Source: Candidatus Aenigmatarchaeota archaeon (GTDB taxonomy: Archaea; Aenigmatarchaeota; Aenigmatarchaeia; QMZP01; QMZT01). From it: a stretch of 64,000 nt of DNA. Under the pieces are notes generated by a model. The model saw only the letters and a list, made by a program, of their open reading frames with translations, made no database searches and was not told the DNA's origin. Below are positions 1 to 8,257 of the stretch, piece by piece. Position numbers and translations under genes: made by a program. Positions within the stretch are counted from its first letter, which is position 1. Each line of letters starts with the position of its first letter. Location of the stretch: positions 59,994 through 123,993 of the forward strand of contig JAPLVC010000002.1 of NCBI GenBank assembly GCA_026397315.1. Reading direction: 5' to 3'.

Positions 1-1
1 A

Positions 2-577
2 TACTTCCCGCCGGAAGAGTTGATGACTCTCAGGAAGTTCGGCTCGCGGCTGCAAGGGCATCCGCACAGGCTCAAGCTTAGCTGCCTCGAGACTTCTTCA
101 GGTTCGCTGGGCCAGGGCCTTTCCATCGCAAGCGGGATGGCAATCGGCCTGCGCATGGACAAGAAAAGCCCGCGCGTCTACTGCCTGATGGGCGACGGCG
201 AGTTGCAGGAAGGCCAGGTGTGGGAAGCCGCGATGACCGGCGCTCACTACAAGCTGGACAACCTCTGCGGCATCGTCGATGTCAATGGCCTGCAGATAGA
301 CGGCAGGACCAGCGACGTGAAGAACCTGGAGCCGCTCGCGGACAAGTGGAAGGCGTTCGGCTGGCATACTATCGAAGTGGATGGTCACAACGTCGAGGCG
401 CTTATCAGCGCGTTCCGCGAGGCTGAGCGGACGAAGGGAAAGCCCACGGTCATACTTGCAAAGACAGTCAAAGGCAAGGGCGTCTCCTTCATGGAAAACA
501 AAGCCGAATGGCACGGCAAGCCGCCCAGCAAAGAAGAAGCCGCGAAAGCACTGAAAGAACTTGGAGAGACATGCTGA
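2..577 (+). CDS. Transketolase, N-terminal (TPP-binding) subunit; 5'-truncated by the window edge
   Basis: LQGHP, GSLGQGLS and GDGELQEG..N TPP-binding motifs; frame is open to the window start. Confidence 0.95.
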   Translation, partial: YFPPEELMTLRKFGSRLQGHPHRLKLSCLETSSGSLGQGLSIASGMAIGLRMDKKSPRVYCLMGDGELQEGQVWEAAMTGAHYKLDNLCGIVDVNGLQIDGRTSDVKNLEPLADKWKAFGWHTIEVDGHNVEALISAFREAERTKGKPTVILAKTVKGKGVSFMENKAEWHGKPPSKEEAAKALKELGETC

Positions 578-588
578 AGTGATGTTTT

Positions 589-1593
589 ATGACAGAAAAA
601 AAATCCGGATTGAACGAGACGCTGCACCTAGCTCCTAATATTTACGATAAGGTCGAGAAGATACCCACGAGGAACGGCTTCGGCCACGGACTAGTCGAAC
701 TGGGCCACGCGAACAAGAACGTCGTCGCCCTTTGCGCCGACCTTTCCGATTCGACGCGCGCGCTCTGGTTTGCCGAGAAATTTCCCGACAGGTTCATAGA
801 AGTCGGCATTTCGGAGCAGGACATGATGGGCATCGCTGCGGGTCTCGCCGCCGTAGGCAAAATACCATTCCTAAGCACATACGGCGTCTTTTCGACAGGA
901 CGCGCGTGGGACCAGATGAGGACGACGGTCGCATACGGCGATTTCAATGTAAAAATCGCGAGTGCGCACGGCGGCATCTCGGTAGGCGCGGACGGCGCGA
1001 CGCACCAGTCTCTGGAGGAGATCGCTTTGTCCCGCGTGCTGCCCAACATGAAAGTCATAGTGCCCGCGGACTACTGGGAGTCGAAGAAGGCGACTATCGC
1101 TTCCGCCTCGATTCATGGCCCCATAGTCATACGCTTCGGCCGCGAAAAAGTGCCGGTCATAACTACGGAGAAGACGCCGTTCGTTTTCGGGAAAGCCGAA
1201 ACGTTCAGGTTCGGGAACGACGTCACAGTCTTCGCGTGCGGCCCGATGGTTTACGAGGCGCTCATTGCCGCGAAGGAACTTGAAAAGAAAGGCATTGACG
1301 TGCGCGTGGTCAACATGCACACGGTCAAGCCGCTCGACGAGAAGGCGATAATAGACGCGGCGAAAGAGACGGGCGCGATAGTCACGGCCGAAGAGCACCA
1401 GGTCAACGCGGGCTTCGGCTCTGCAATCGCGGAAGTCGTGGTCGAGCACTATCCGGTGCCCATGAAACGCGTAGGTGTGATAGACCGCTTCGGCGAGTCG
1501 GGCGAGCCGGACCAGCTCATGGTGGAATTCAATCTCAAGAGCACGGACATAATAAAGGCGATAGAGGACGTGCTCAGCCGCAAGAAAAAATAA
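589..1593 (+). CDS. Transketolase, C-terminal (pyrimidine-binding/C-domain) subunit
   Basis: GISEQDM, GADGATHQ and EEHQ..GFG motifs; directly follows the N-terminal subunit. Confidence 0.95.
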   Translation: MTEKKSGLNETLHLAPNIYDKVEKIPTRNGFGHGLVELGHANKNVVALCADLSDSTRALWFAEKFPDRFIEVGISEQDMMGIAAGLAAVGKIPFLSTYGVFSTGRAWDQMRTTVAYGDFNVKIASAHGGISVGADGATHQSLEEIALSRVLPNMKVIVPADYWESKKATIASASIHGPIVIRFGREKVPVITTEKTPFVFGKAETFRFGNDVTVFACGPMVYEALIAAKELEKKGIDVRVVNMHTVKPLDEKAIIDAAKETGAIVTAEEHQVNAGFGSAIAEVVVEHYPVPMKRVGVIDRFGESGEPDQLMVEFNLKSTDIIKAIEDVLSRKKK

Positions 1594-1630
1594 TCTTTTC
1601 GTGGATGCAACATGATTAAAAGGGATTCTT

Positions 1631-2881
1631 ATGGGCACTAATGCGAGAATAGCTGAAAGGATGTCGAGGCTTGGAACCGAAACGGCGTTTTCCGTTTCTC
1701 TCGAAGCACGGGAGTTTGCGTGCAAGGGCAAAAAAATCTATCCTTTTCATCTCGGCGACATGAACATCAGGACACCCAAGAAGATTATTGATGCGGCTAG
1801 GAAAGCTATGGAAGACGGCAAAACAGGCTACTGCCCCAGTGCAGGCATCCCAGAACTCAGGGAGGCGCTGGCCAAAGACATGAGCAGCTCGCGCGGCATA
1901 AAGCTCACGGCGAAAAACGTATCGATACAGATGGGCGGCAAGCCAGTAATAATGAAGTTCGTCATGGCTTTCATGAATCCGGGGGACGAGGTGCTGTACC
2001 CGAATCCCGGATACCCGATTTACGAGTCGCAGATCCGCTTCCACGGAGGTATAGTGAAACCTTACGGTTTCAAGATGATTGACAAGGGCTTCAGCTTGGA
2101 CATGGAACAGCTCGAGACGCTTGTCACACCGAAGACCAAACTGTTCATATTCAACAACTATCACAACCCTATGGGCGCGGAATCCGACCCGTTGGAGATG
2201 AAGAGAATCGCCGATTTCTGCAAAAGGCACGACCTGCTCGTGCTGAGCGACGAGGCGTATTTCGACATCACATACGACGGCAAGCCCAAGAGCATAGTTT
2301 CCTACCCAGGCATGGCCGAGCGCACGCTGATACTTTACACGTTCTCCAAGAAGTTCGCCATGACGGGCTGGCGGCTTGGGGCGGCTGTAGGGCCGGAATG
2401 GATGATAGAGCAGATTAACCGCCTGAACGTGAATGACGAGTCGTGTTCGAACCACTTCATCCAGTGGGCCGCTGTCGAGGCGCTCAAAAACACGCAGAAG
2501 GAAACGCAACAGATACTCGACACACTGAAAAAACGCAGGGACCTTGCGTGCAAGATGCTCAGCACCATAAAGGGCATCAGAGTTTTCAAGCCCAACTCGA
2601 CTTTCTACATCTTCCCGGACGTGACCGAGGCGATGCGCAACCTGGGTTTCAACGACGTCGAAAAGTTCAGGAGGTTCATACTGGAGACGACGGGCGTATC
2701 CTTCTGCACGCGACGCCATTTCGGGACGCCGCTGGATGACGAGAAGCACGAGTTCATCCGCCTCGCTTATTCCGGCATCGACCTGAAGGACATCAGGGAA
2801 GGCCTGGCGAAGATGAAAAGCGCGATTGAGAACCCGGAAATTTCAAAAAGATGGGTTTCCGAAAAAAGCACAAAGCCTTGA
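1631..2881 (+). CDS. PLP-dependent class I/II aminotransferase (aspartate aminotransferase-like)
   Basis: NNYHNPMG, SDEAY and FSKKFAMTGWRLG PLP-lysine motif. Confidence 0.92.
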   Translation: MGTNARIAERMSRLGTETAFSVSLEAREFACKGKKIYPFHLGDMNIRTPKKIIDAARKAMEDGKTGYCPSAGIPELREALAKDMSSSRGIKLTAKNVSIQMGGKPVIMKFVMAFMNPGDEVLYPNPGYPIYESQIRFHGGIVKPYGFKMIDKGFSLDMEQLETLVTPKTKLFIFNNYHNPMGAESDPLEMKRIADFCKRHDLLVLSDEAYFDITYDGKPKSIVSYPGMAERTLILYTFSKKFAMTGWRLGAAVGPEWMIEQINRLNVNDESCSNHFIQWAAVEALKNTQKETQQILDTLKKRRDLACKMLSTIKGIRVFKPNSTFYIFPDVTEAMRNLGFNDVEKFRRFILETTGVSFCTRRHFGTPLDDEKHEFIRLAYSGIDLKDIREGLAKMKSAIENPEISKRWVSEKSTKP

Positions 2882-3069
2882 ACTGGGCATGAAAGCAATG
2901 GAGAACAACAAGATCCCTTAAATCCGATTTTTAATTCATGATCGAAGAATCAATTATTACCCCATTTTTTTTGTAAAATCTAAAATAAATACAAATAGAT
3001 AGCGTAGATGTTTTACTTGGTCCATTTTTTTATAGGCGGTTATGCCAGTATCAACATTCCCAAGAAGTA

Positions 3070-3306
3070 ATGAAATTCGATATAAATAAATATGGTGAAA
3101 ATATCGTAAAGAAAAAATTCGAGATGGAAATAGAAATCCCTAACAATTCGGAAGCCGAGTTCAACCAGATAATGGAATGGGTCAGGGACAAGAGCCACAA
3201 CGACAGGTGGAAGTTCGTGAAGAGAGCCTCGGCCAACAACGATTTCCTGATGTGGAAGCTGAAGAAGAAGATGGCTGCGATCAAACCCGGCTTGGCAAAA
3301 ATCTGA
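3070..3306 (+). CDS. Hypothetical protein (78 aa)
   Basis: ORF with host-like codon usage in its 3' half, T-rich 3' flank; no recognised motif. Confidence 0.55.
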   Translation: MKFDINKYGENIVKKKFEMEIEIPNNSEAEFNQIMEWVRDKSHNDRWKFVKRASANNDFLMWKLKKKMAAIKPGLAKI

Positions 3307-3396
3307 ACCCGGCCCATGCTTTTTATTTTACTATTATCTCTAGCGTAGCCTTTTGACCAAAGCTTCGCCAATCATTTTAGCGTGCAAAAAAACCAA

Positions 3397-3556
3397 TGGG
3401 GCCGCTGGGATTCTCAAAGCCATTTTCCGCAAACGCTTTTGCGCGAGGCGGAAAAGGGTTTATTTGAACCCAGGTCGCCAGCACCCCAAGCTGGAATGAT
3501 CATGGCGTCAAGCTCAAAAGCTCGAGGATGACTAGACCAAGCTACACTACGGCCCC
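3397..3556 (-). tRNA. tRNA-Pro(GGG) with two non-canonical introns (D-loop 3501-3533, 33 nt; T-loop 59/60 3411-3462, 52 nt)
   Basis: Removing both inserts gives a 75-nt cloverleaf GGGGCCG..CCAGC-TTGGGGT-GCTGG..CTGGG-TTCAAAT-CCCAG-CGGCCCC-A; both junctions fold into BHB-type motifs. Confidence 0.93.
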
Positions 3557-3710
3557 ACGGATTGTATCTTATTATAGGGCATGAATATATTAATTATAGA
3601 GGCCGGGCAACCGGAAAAGAAAGAAGCCCCGCTGGAAAGCGGTAAAAAGTATTTAAGCGGTTCGTGGCAATACAATGTCTCATATAAAAATCGCACTTAA
3701 ACCGAGTGAT

Positions 3711-3839
3711 ATGATGAAAAACCTGGACATGATAGATATCAGGAAAACGGAAAATACGGGCAGAATAATAAGGATGCCCGAAAGCACGAGAAAGAAAGTC
3801 AAGGCCTTCCTCAACGAGGGCCACCAGTTAAGCTTTTAA
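3711..3839 (+). CDS. Possible small protein (42 aa, MMKNLDMIDIRKTENTGRIIRMPESTRKKVKAFLNEGHQLSF)
   Basis: GAGTGAT SD-like element just before ATG and TATAAAAA upstream; below the ORF-track cutoff. Confidence 0.4.
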   Translation: MMKNLDMIDIRKTENTGRIIRMPESTRKKVKAFLNEGHQLSF

Positions 3840-3888
3840 AGCAATTACGCGATAAATAAAGACAAACCAGCGTTTAGGGGTTTTTGAT

Positions 3889-4083
3889 ATGATAATACCG
3901 ATAAGATGCATGACTTGCGGCAAGCCAGTCGGGCACCTCTGGGAGAAATACCAGAAGGCCGTCGAGGGCGGCGCTTCGCCGAAGAGTGTTCTGGATTCGC
4001 TTGGGCTGGACAGATACTGCTGCCGCGCGCTTTTCATGACGCACGTGGACATGATTGACAAGATCGGCCAGTTCAAGAAGTAA
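3889..4083 (+). CDS. rpoN: DNA-directed RNA polymerase subunit N (Rpo10)
   Basis: MIIPIRCMTCGK...LGLDRYCCR signature. Confidence 0.98.
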   Translation: MIIPIRCMTCGKPVGHLWEKYQKAVEGGASPKSVLDSLGLDRYCCRALFMTHVDMIDKIGQFKK

Positions 4084-4170
4084 AGCATAAAGCCTCCGGA
4101 ATGTCATCGGCTTTTAATTTTATTTTCAGTTTAGCTTCAGGCTTATTGACAGGCCTGGCTCTGTTTGGGT

Positions 4171-5085
4171 TTACTGGCCATATGGCACGTAGTTGGACAG
4201 CATTATGTCGAACGTCAGAGTCTCGCTGGCCAGCGGATGGTTGAAGTCGAGCTTCATGTGCGTTTCGTTTAAGTCCACGACCTTGCCGCTGCCGTATACC
4301 GTCACGATGGTGCTGCCTCTTATCGGGTTTGTTGTCATGACCAGGCTATCACCCTCGAGGTTCACGGTGCCCTTGGCGTAAACGTTGCCCAAGGCGTCCT
4401 TCATGTCGAATGTCATGCCGTTCTGCGGCTCATGCACGATCTTTACAGTTCCGTTTACAATGCTCGTCACGCGCATATCCCACACCATGTCTTCGAGGCG
4501 ATAAGTCTTTCCAACCACGGGTTCCTCGCCGAATGTCATGTTGAACACATCGGTTGATGTGCTTTCCGTCCTGTTCATCCTGTTGACCAGGGGGATGTCG
4601 AAAATCTTGCTCTCGTCGTAATAGCCGTACGCGTCCGCAGGCTTTATGACGACAGTCTTCTTATCGCCGACGCGCATGCCTATGACAGCTTCGTCAATGC
4701 CCTTTATCGCTTCACCAGCTCCGGTCTTGAACGTGAAATTGCCGGCGTCGTATATCGAGCCGTTTTCTATCTTAAGAGAATATAATATCTGCACTACATC
4801 GCCGCTTTTGACGGGCCCTGCGCCGATTCTGATGAAGCCGGGAAGGGAGAGCAGTATGACAGCTCCCAGAACAGCGACTACAGCGACGATAGCGATGGCA
4901 TACTTCATGGGAATGCCTTTCTCATTGTCCTTGACTATCTCGATTCTTTTCTTCTCCGTCAACTGGGCAGCCTTGTTTATCTTTTCGCTCTTGAGCGGTT
5001 CTAGCATTTTGTCCTTGAGCGACTCGTAATGCTTGTGCTCATCGTGAGCTTTTTCCTCATGTTTCCTGACAGACTTTTTTGCCAT
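4171..5085 (-). CDS. FKBP-type peptidyl-prolyl isomerase (SlyD/long-type) with N-terminal membrane anchor
   Basis: IKGIDEAVIGMRVGDKKTVVIKPADAYG and LDFNHPLA motifs; hydrophobic helix near residue 60-85. Confidence 0.88.
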   Translation of the reverse strand: MAKKSVRKHEEKAHDEHKHYESLKDKMLEPLKSEKINKAAQLTEKKRIEIVKDNEKGIPMKYAIAIVAVVAVLGAVILLSLPGFIRIGAGPVKSGDVVQILYSLKIENGSIYDAGNFTFKTGAGEAIKGIDEAVIGMRVGDKKTVVIKPADAYGYYDESKIFDIPLVNRMNRTESTSTDVFNMTFGEEPVVGKTYRLEDMVWDMRVTSIVNGTVKIVHEPQNGMTFDMKDALGNVYAKGTVNLEGDSLVMTTNPIRGSTIVTVYGSGKVVDLNETHMKLDFNHPLASETLTFDIMLSNYVPYGQ

Positions 5086-5108
5086 AATTTCACCCTCAAC
5101 ATTCTGAA

Positions 5109-5241
5109 TGCCGATGGAGGGAATTGAACCCTCGACCCCCGCGTTTCCCTCTCACTGGCGCGCATAGCATGTGTCGCGTGCCTCGAATCTCATAACTTAA
5201 AAGATATGAGCGCGGTGCTCTAACCACTGAGCCACATCGGC
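5109..5241 (-). tRNA. tRNA with CAT anticodon (elongator Met most likely) with a 60-nt canonical 37/38 intron (5145-5204)
   Basis: GCCGATG acceptor stem, CCGCG-CTCATA/A-CGCGG anticodon arm, GAGGG-TTCAATT-CCCTC T arm; G1-C72 excludes initiator. Confidence 0.92.
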
Positions 5242-5305
5242 ATTTTGAATAAATATAATTCTAATACTTTAATAAATAACTATTTTCACGGATAAGTGTT
5301 GTCAT

Positions 5306-5752
5306 ATGGCGCAAAAGATGATTCGCAGGGAATTCAGGGAAAGCGATTTGGCGCAGATAATCGAATTCAAGAAGCAGAGCGCCAAAACGAGCTTCAGGGG
5401 CCAGAAGCTGAAAGTGGACAGGTTCACTGCGAGGCTCACCGAAAGCGTGAAAAAGGACCCGGGCATGATACGCGTTCTAGAAAGCAACGGCACTATCGCT
5501 GGCTATATCTGGGTGGGCTTGAGCGAAGGCGACTTCGGCAAATACGGCTTCCTGCACCAGCTTTTCATCCACCAAGATTTTCGTGGTCGTGGCCTCGCGC
5601 AGACGCTGGTGAAAGACGCTGAGAAATATCTGGCGAAGCGCGGGGCGAAGAAAATGGAGATACTGGTCACCGGTACCAATTGCCCTGCCCACAAGCTTTA
5701 CAAGAAGCTGAAATACAAGGACACCAGAATCCAGATGGAGAAGATGCTGTAG
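5306..5752 (+). CDS. GNAT family N-acetyltransferase
   Basis: LFIHQDFRGRGLA acetyl-CoA motif; N..A..LYKKL. Confidence 0.9.
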   Translation: MAQKMIRREFRESDLAQIIEFKKQSAKTSFRGQKLKVDRFTARLTESVKKDPGMIRVLESNGTIAGYIWVGLSEGDFGKYGFLHQLFIHQDFRGRGLAQTLVKDAEKYLAKRGAKKMEILVTGTNCPAHKLYKKLKYKDTRIQMEKML

Positions 5753-5755
5753 TTT

Positions 5756-8221
5756 TCAGTCGCTCTTGAACTTCTCGAACTTCTCCTTGAGCTTGCGCTT
5801 CATCGACTTCTTCATGAACATGTTGAGCGAGCGCTGGCTTTCGTCGTCGCTGCCCAAAACGTCTTCTTCCGAGAAACCAAGTCCATATAGAATGCGCATG
5901 GCCGCCGGCAGTACCTGGTTGTTTATGTAATAGTCGGGGTCGTAGTTCTGCGCGTATTCGAACGGCTCGGCACGGCTTGATATCGAGCCGTCTCCGCGCG
6001 TGATTATGTAGCCGATTACAGAGCCCTCCTTGACGGCGTGACCCCGGGCCGCATATTTCCTTGCCGCGGCGACGTGCGGGCCTATCTGCTCATAAGCTTC
6101 CAGAGGACGCGACAACTGCGTGTATATGACCAGGTCCTTGGTGTCGATGTCGCCCTTGTTGATTTTGGCTACGACGTCGCGGACGATGGCAATGGCTTTA
6201 TTCTCGTCCTTGTCCCTGAGAATCGCGAACAGGATTTTCTCCTGCGTGTCTTTCGAAATTTTACACCAGTCGCGGCGGACTTTCTCGAAACCACGTATCG
6301 TTATGTTGCCATCCTTCCCCAGCAATGCGTAGCGCTTCTTCGCCGTCACGCCGCTCTTGGCAGGAACGAAGATGCCTGAAACATACATGGCGTCGAAATC
6401 GAGCTCCATGACTCCCGGTAACGTGTCGTTAACGTCTTTCAGGAACTTGGCCGCCCGCTTCTCGGTGCACTTCGAAATGAACAGCGAATCAGTATCGCCG
6501 TAAATGACGTTAAGACCCTGTTCCTTCGCGAAGTTTATGACCTTCTGTATGTAGTAGCGGCCGAAAGATGCGATGGACATGGCGCAAATCCTCGAATACC
6601 AGCGCGAACCTGCGTAGGCGTAATAGCCGTAGCTGGCGTTGGCTATTATCTTGAGGGCGTATTGCATGCTGTAAAGATCCTTGTATCTTTTCGATGACGT
6701 GTCGAGGAATTCCATCTCTTTTTTCAGCGTCACTCTCTTCTTTACTACGTCTTCGAGTATTTCCGGTATGAAGCCCTTCTTCTTCGTCGAGAAGTAATGG
6801 TCGCTGTCCGGCACTTTGTTATTCGCTCCGTCGTCTTTGTCGAGCGTCTCGGGCGAGATGTTGTGCGTGATGACGGTCGTGGGATACAGGCTCGCGAAGT
6901 CGAACAGCGCTATGTCCTCGTGTATGCCCGGTTCCGGCAGCAGGACGTAACCACCGACGTACGGCGAAGCTTCCCTCCGCTTGTCAATCTCGGACTGTTC
7001 CGGACGATTGAGCGCAGTCTCGTTTTTCTCAAACGCCTTCCGTATGAATAGCCATTCGACCAGTTGCGAATAAGTCATGCGGGAAACGTCGAATGGCGTC
7101 TGCCCCACCAGCTTCGAGAGCTCGAATATCTGGGGCATGAGCCTGTCCGCGAGATGCAGCGTCAATTCAGAATCCTTGAGGCAGTAATCAGCGACGACCT
7201 TAATGTCGCGCTTTTCTTCCCACATCTTCTCCATGTCCTTCCATTCGAGCGCTTCCTTGCCCTCGCCGAGCAGCTCCTTGGAAACCATGTCAAGCGTGAA
7301 CGTCTCCGATTGCAGCGAGTCCGCCAGTATGTTCTCTATGAACGTGTATAAGTCGAGATGTAAACGCCCGTTTATCGAAGCGGAGAACATGCGGCCGCGC
7401 TTCACGAATTCCATGGCCTTGCCGTCTCTTCCGAGCGCCAGCGATACCTTCAGCTTTTCCGCGCGCTCCTTTATCTTCACCCAGTCGAAAAGGTCGCCGT
7501 TGTACGTGACTATCACGTCCGGGTCCTTCTCGGCAATCACCGTTGCCAGGCGTTGCAGCATCGCCTTCTCATCTTCCAGGATTTCCACGTTCTCGCTAGC
7601 GCCTGACCAGCCGTGCGTCAGGACCTTTTTGTAAGAATGGTTGTAAAGCGATATCATGATTATTTCTTCTCCGTACGTCTCTATGTCTATCGCGAGCGTC
7701 GCAAGCTTGTGCGCATTGCCCTCCGCTTTATGAACGCTTTCGAGCTCCAGTATGTCCAGCTCGCCTTCCTTCTTCTCATCGCCCGTCGCGACAGCCCAGC
7801 CAGTTGGAATGAGGTCCTTATCAATCACATAGCGCCTGTAGAACGGGATGTCGTATTCGTAGGGCTTCTTTATCTCGTGCCAGTGTTCGGTCGCGTGCCT
7901 GATCTCGTTCACGTCGCCGGGCGCTTTGACGGTAACCTTGACGAACTTTTTCGGTTCGCCCAGCAGATTCCTTTCGACAGTCTCGGCTCTGATGAAGGCG
8001 CTGCCGTAATCCTTTATGGCGGCGAGCTTCTCCCTGAACAGGCTCAGGTTGAAATTCTCGATGTGCTTCTCGTCGAGCTCTAGATAAAAATAAGGCCTGA
8101 ACTTGCGGTCGAGCGCGAGGACGGTTTTGCCGCTCTTCGTCTTGCCCCACAGGCGCGTGACGGGCTCGCCGTTCTCGATTACGTAATCAGCGTCAAAAAG
8201 GCAGAATTCCACCCTACCCAT
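5756..8221 (-). CDS. polB: Family B DNA polymerase with proofreading exonuclease
   Basis: DIET, YNGDLFDW, DFASLYP, KIIANASYGY and YGDTDS motifs all intact; no intein. Confidence 0.97.
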   Translation of the reverse strand: MGRVEFCLFDADYVIENGEPVTRLWGKTKSGKTVLALDRKFRPYFYLELDEKHIENFNLSLFREKLAAIKDYGSAFIRAETVERNLLGEPKKFVKVTVKAPGDVNEIRHATEHWHEIKKPYEYDIPFYRRYVIDKDLIPTGWAVATGDEKKEGELDILELESVHKAEGNAHKLATLAIDIETYGEEIIMISLYNHSYKKVLTHGWSGASENVEILEDEKAMLQRLATVIAEKDPDVIVTYNGDLFDWVKIKERAEKLKVSLALGRDGKAMEFVKRGRMFSASINGRLHLDLYTFIENILADSLQSETFTLDMVSKELLGEGKEALEWKDMEKMWEEKRDIKVVADYCLKDSELTLHLADRLMPQIFELSKLVGQTPFDVSRMTYSQLVEWLFIRKAFEKNETALNRPEQSEIDKRREASPYVGGYVLLPEPGIHEDIALFDFASLYPTTVITHNISPETLDKDDGANNKVPDSDHYFSTKKKGFIPEILEDVVKKRVTLKKEMEFLDTSSKRYKDLYSMQYALKIIANASYGYYAYAGSRWYSRICAMSIASFGRYYIQKVINFAKEQGLNVIYGDTDSLFISKCTEKRAAKFLKDVNDTLPGVMELDFDAMYVSGIFVPAKSGVTAKKRYALLGKDGNITIRGFEKVRRDWCKISKDTQEKILFAILRDKDENKAIAIVRDVVAKINKGDIDTKDLVIYTQLSRPLEAYEQIGPHVAAARKYAARGHAVKEGSVIGYIITRGDGSISSRAEPFEYAQNYDPDYYINNQVLPAAMRILYGLGFSEEDVLGSDDESQRSLNMFMKKSMKRKLKEKFEKFKSD

Positions 8222-8257
8222 AATTTAATGGTTGGTTTTCGGCTTAAAAAGAAGAAT

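Noticed and set aside
5180-5210. Nested second intron within the tRNA-Met intron (CTCA/TGAG alternative BHB)
   Set aside because: Sequential excision does not yield a clean 7-nt anticodon loop; a single 60-nt intron does, and the internal complement is better explained as a guide.
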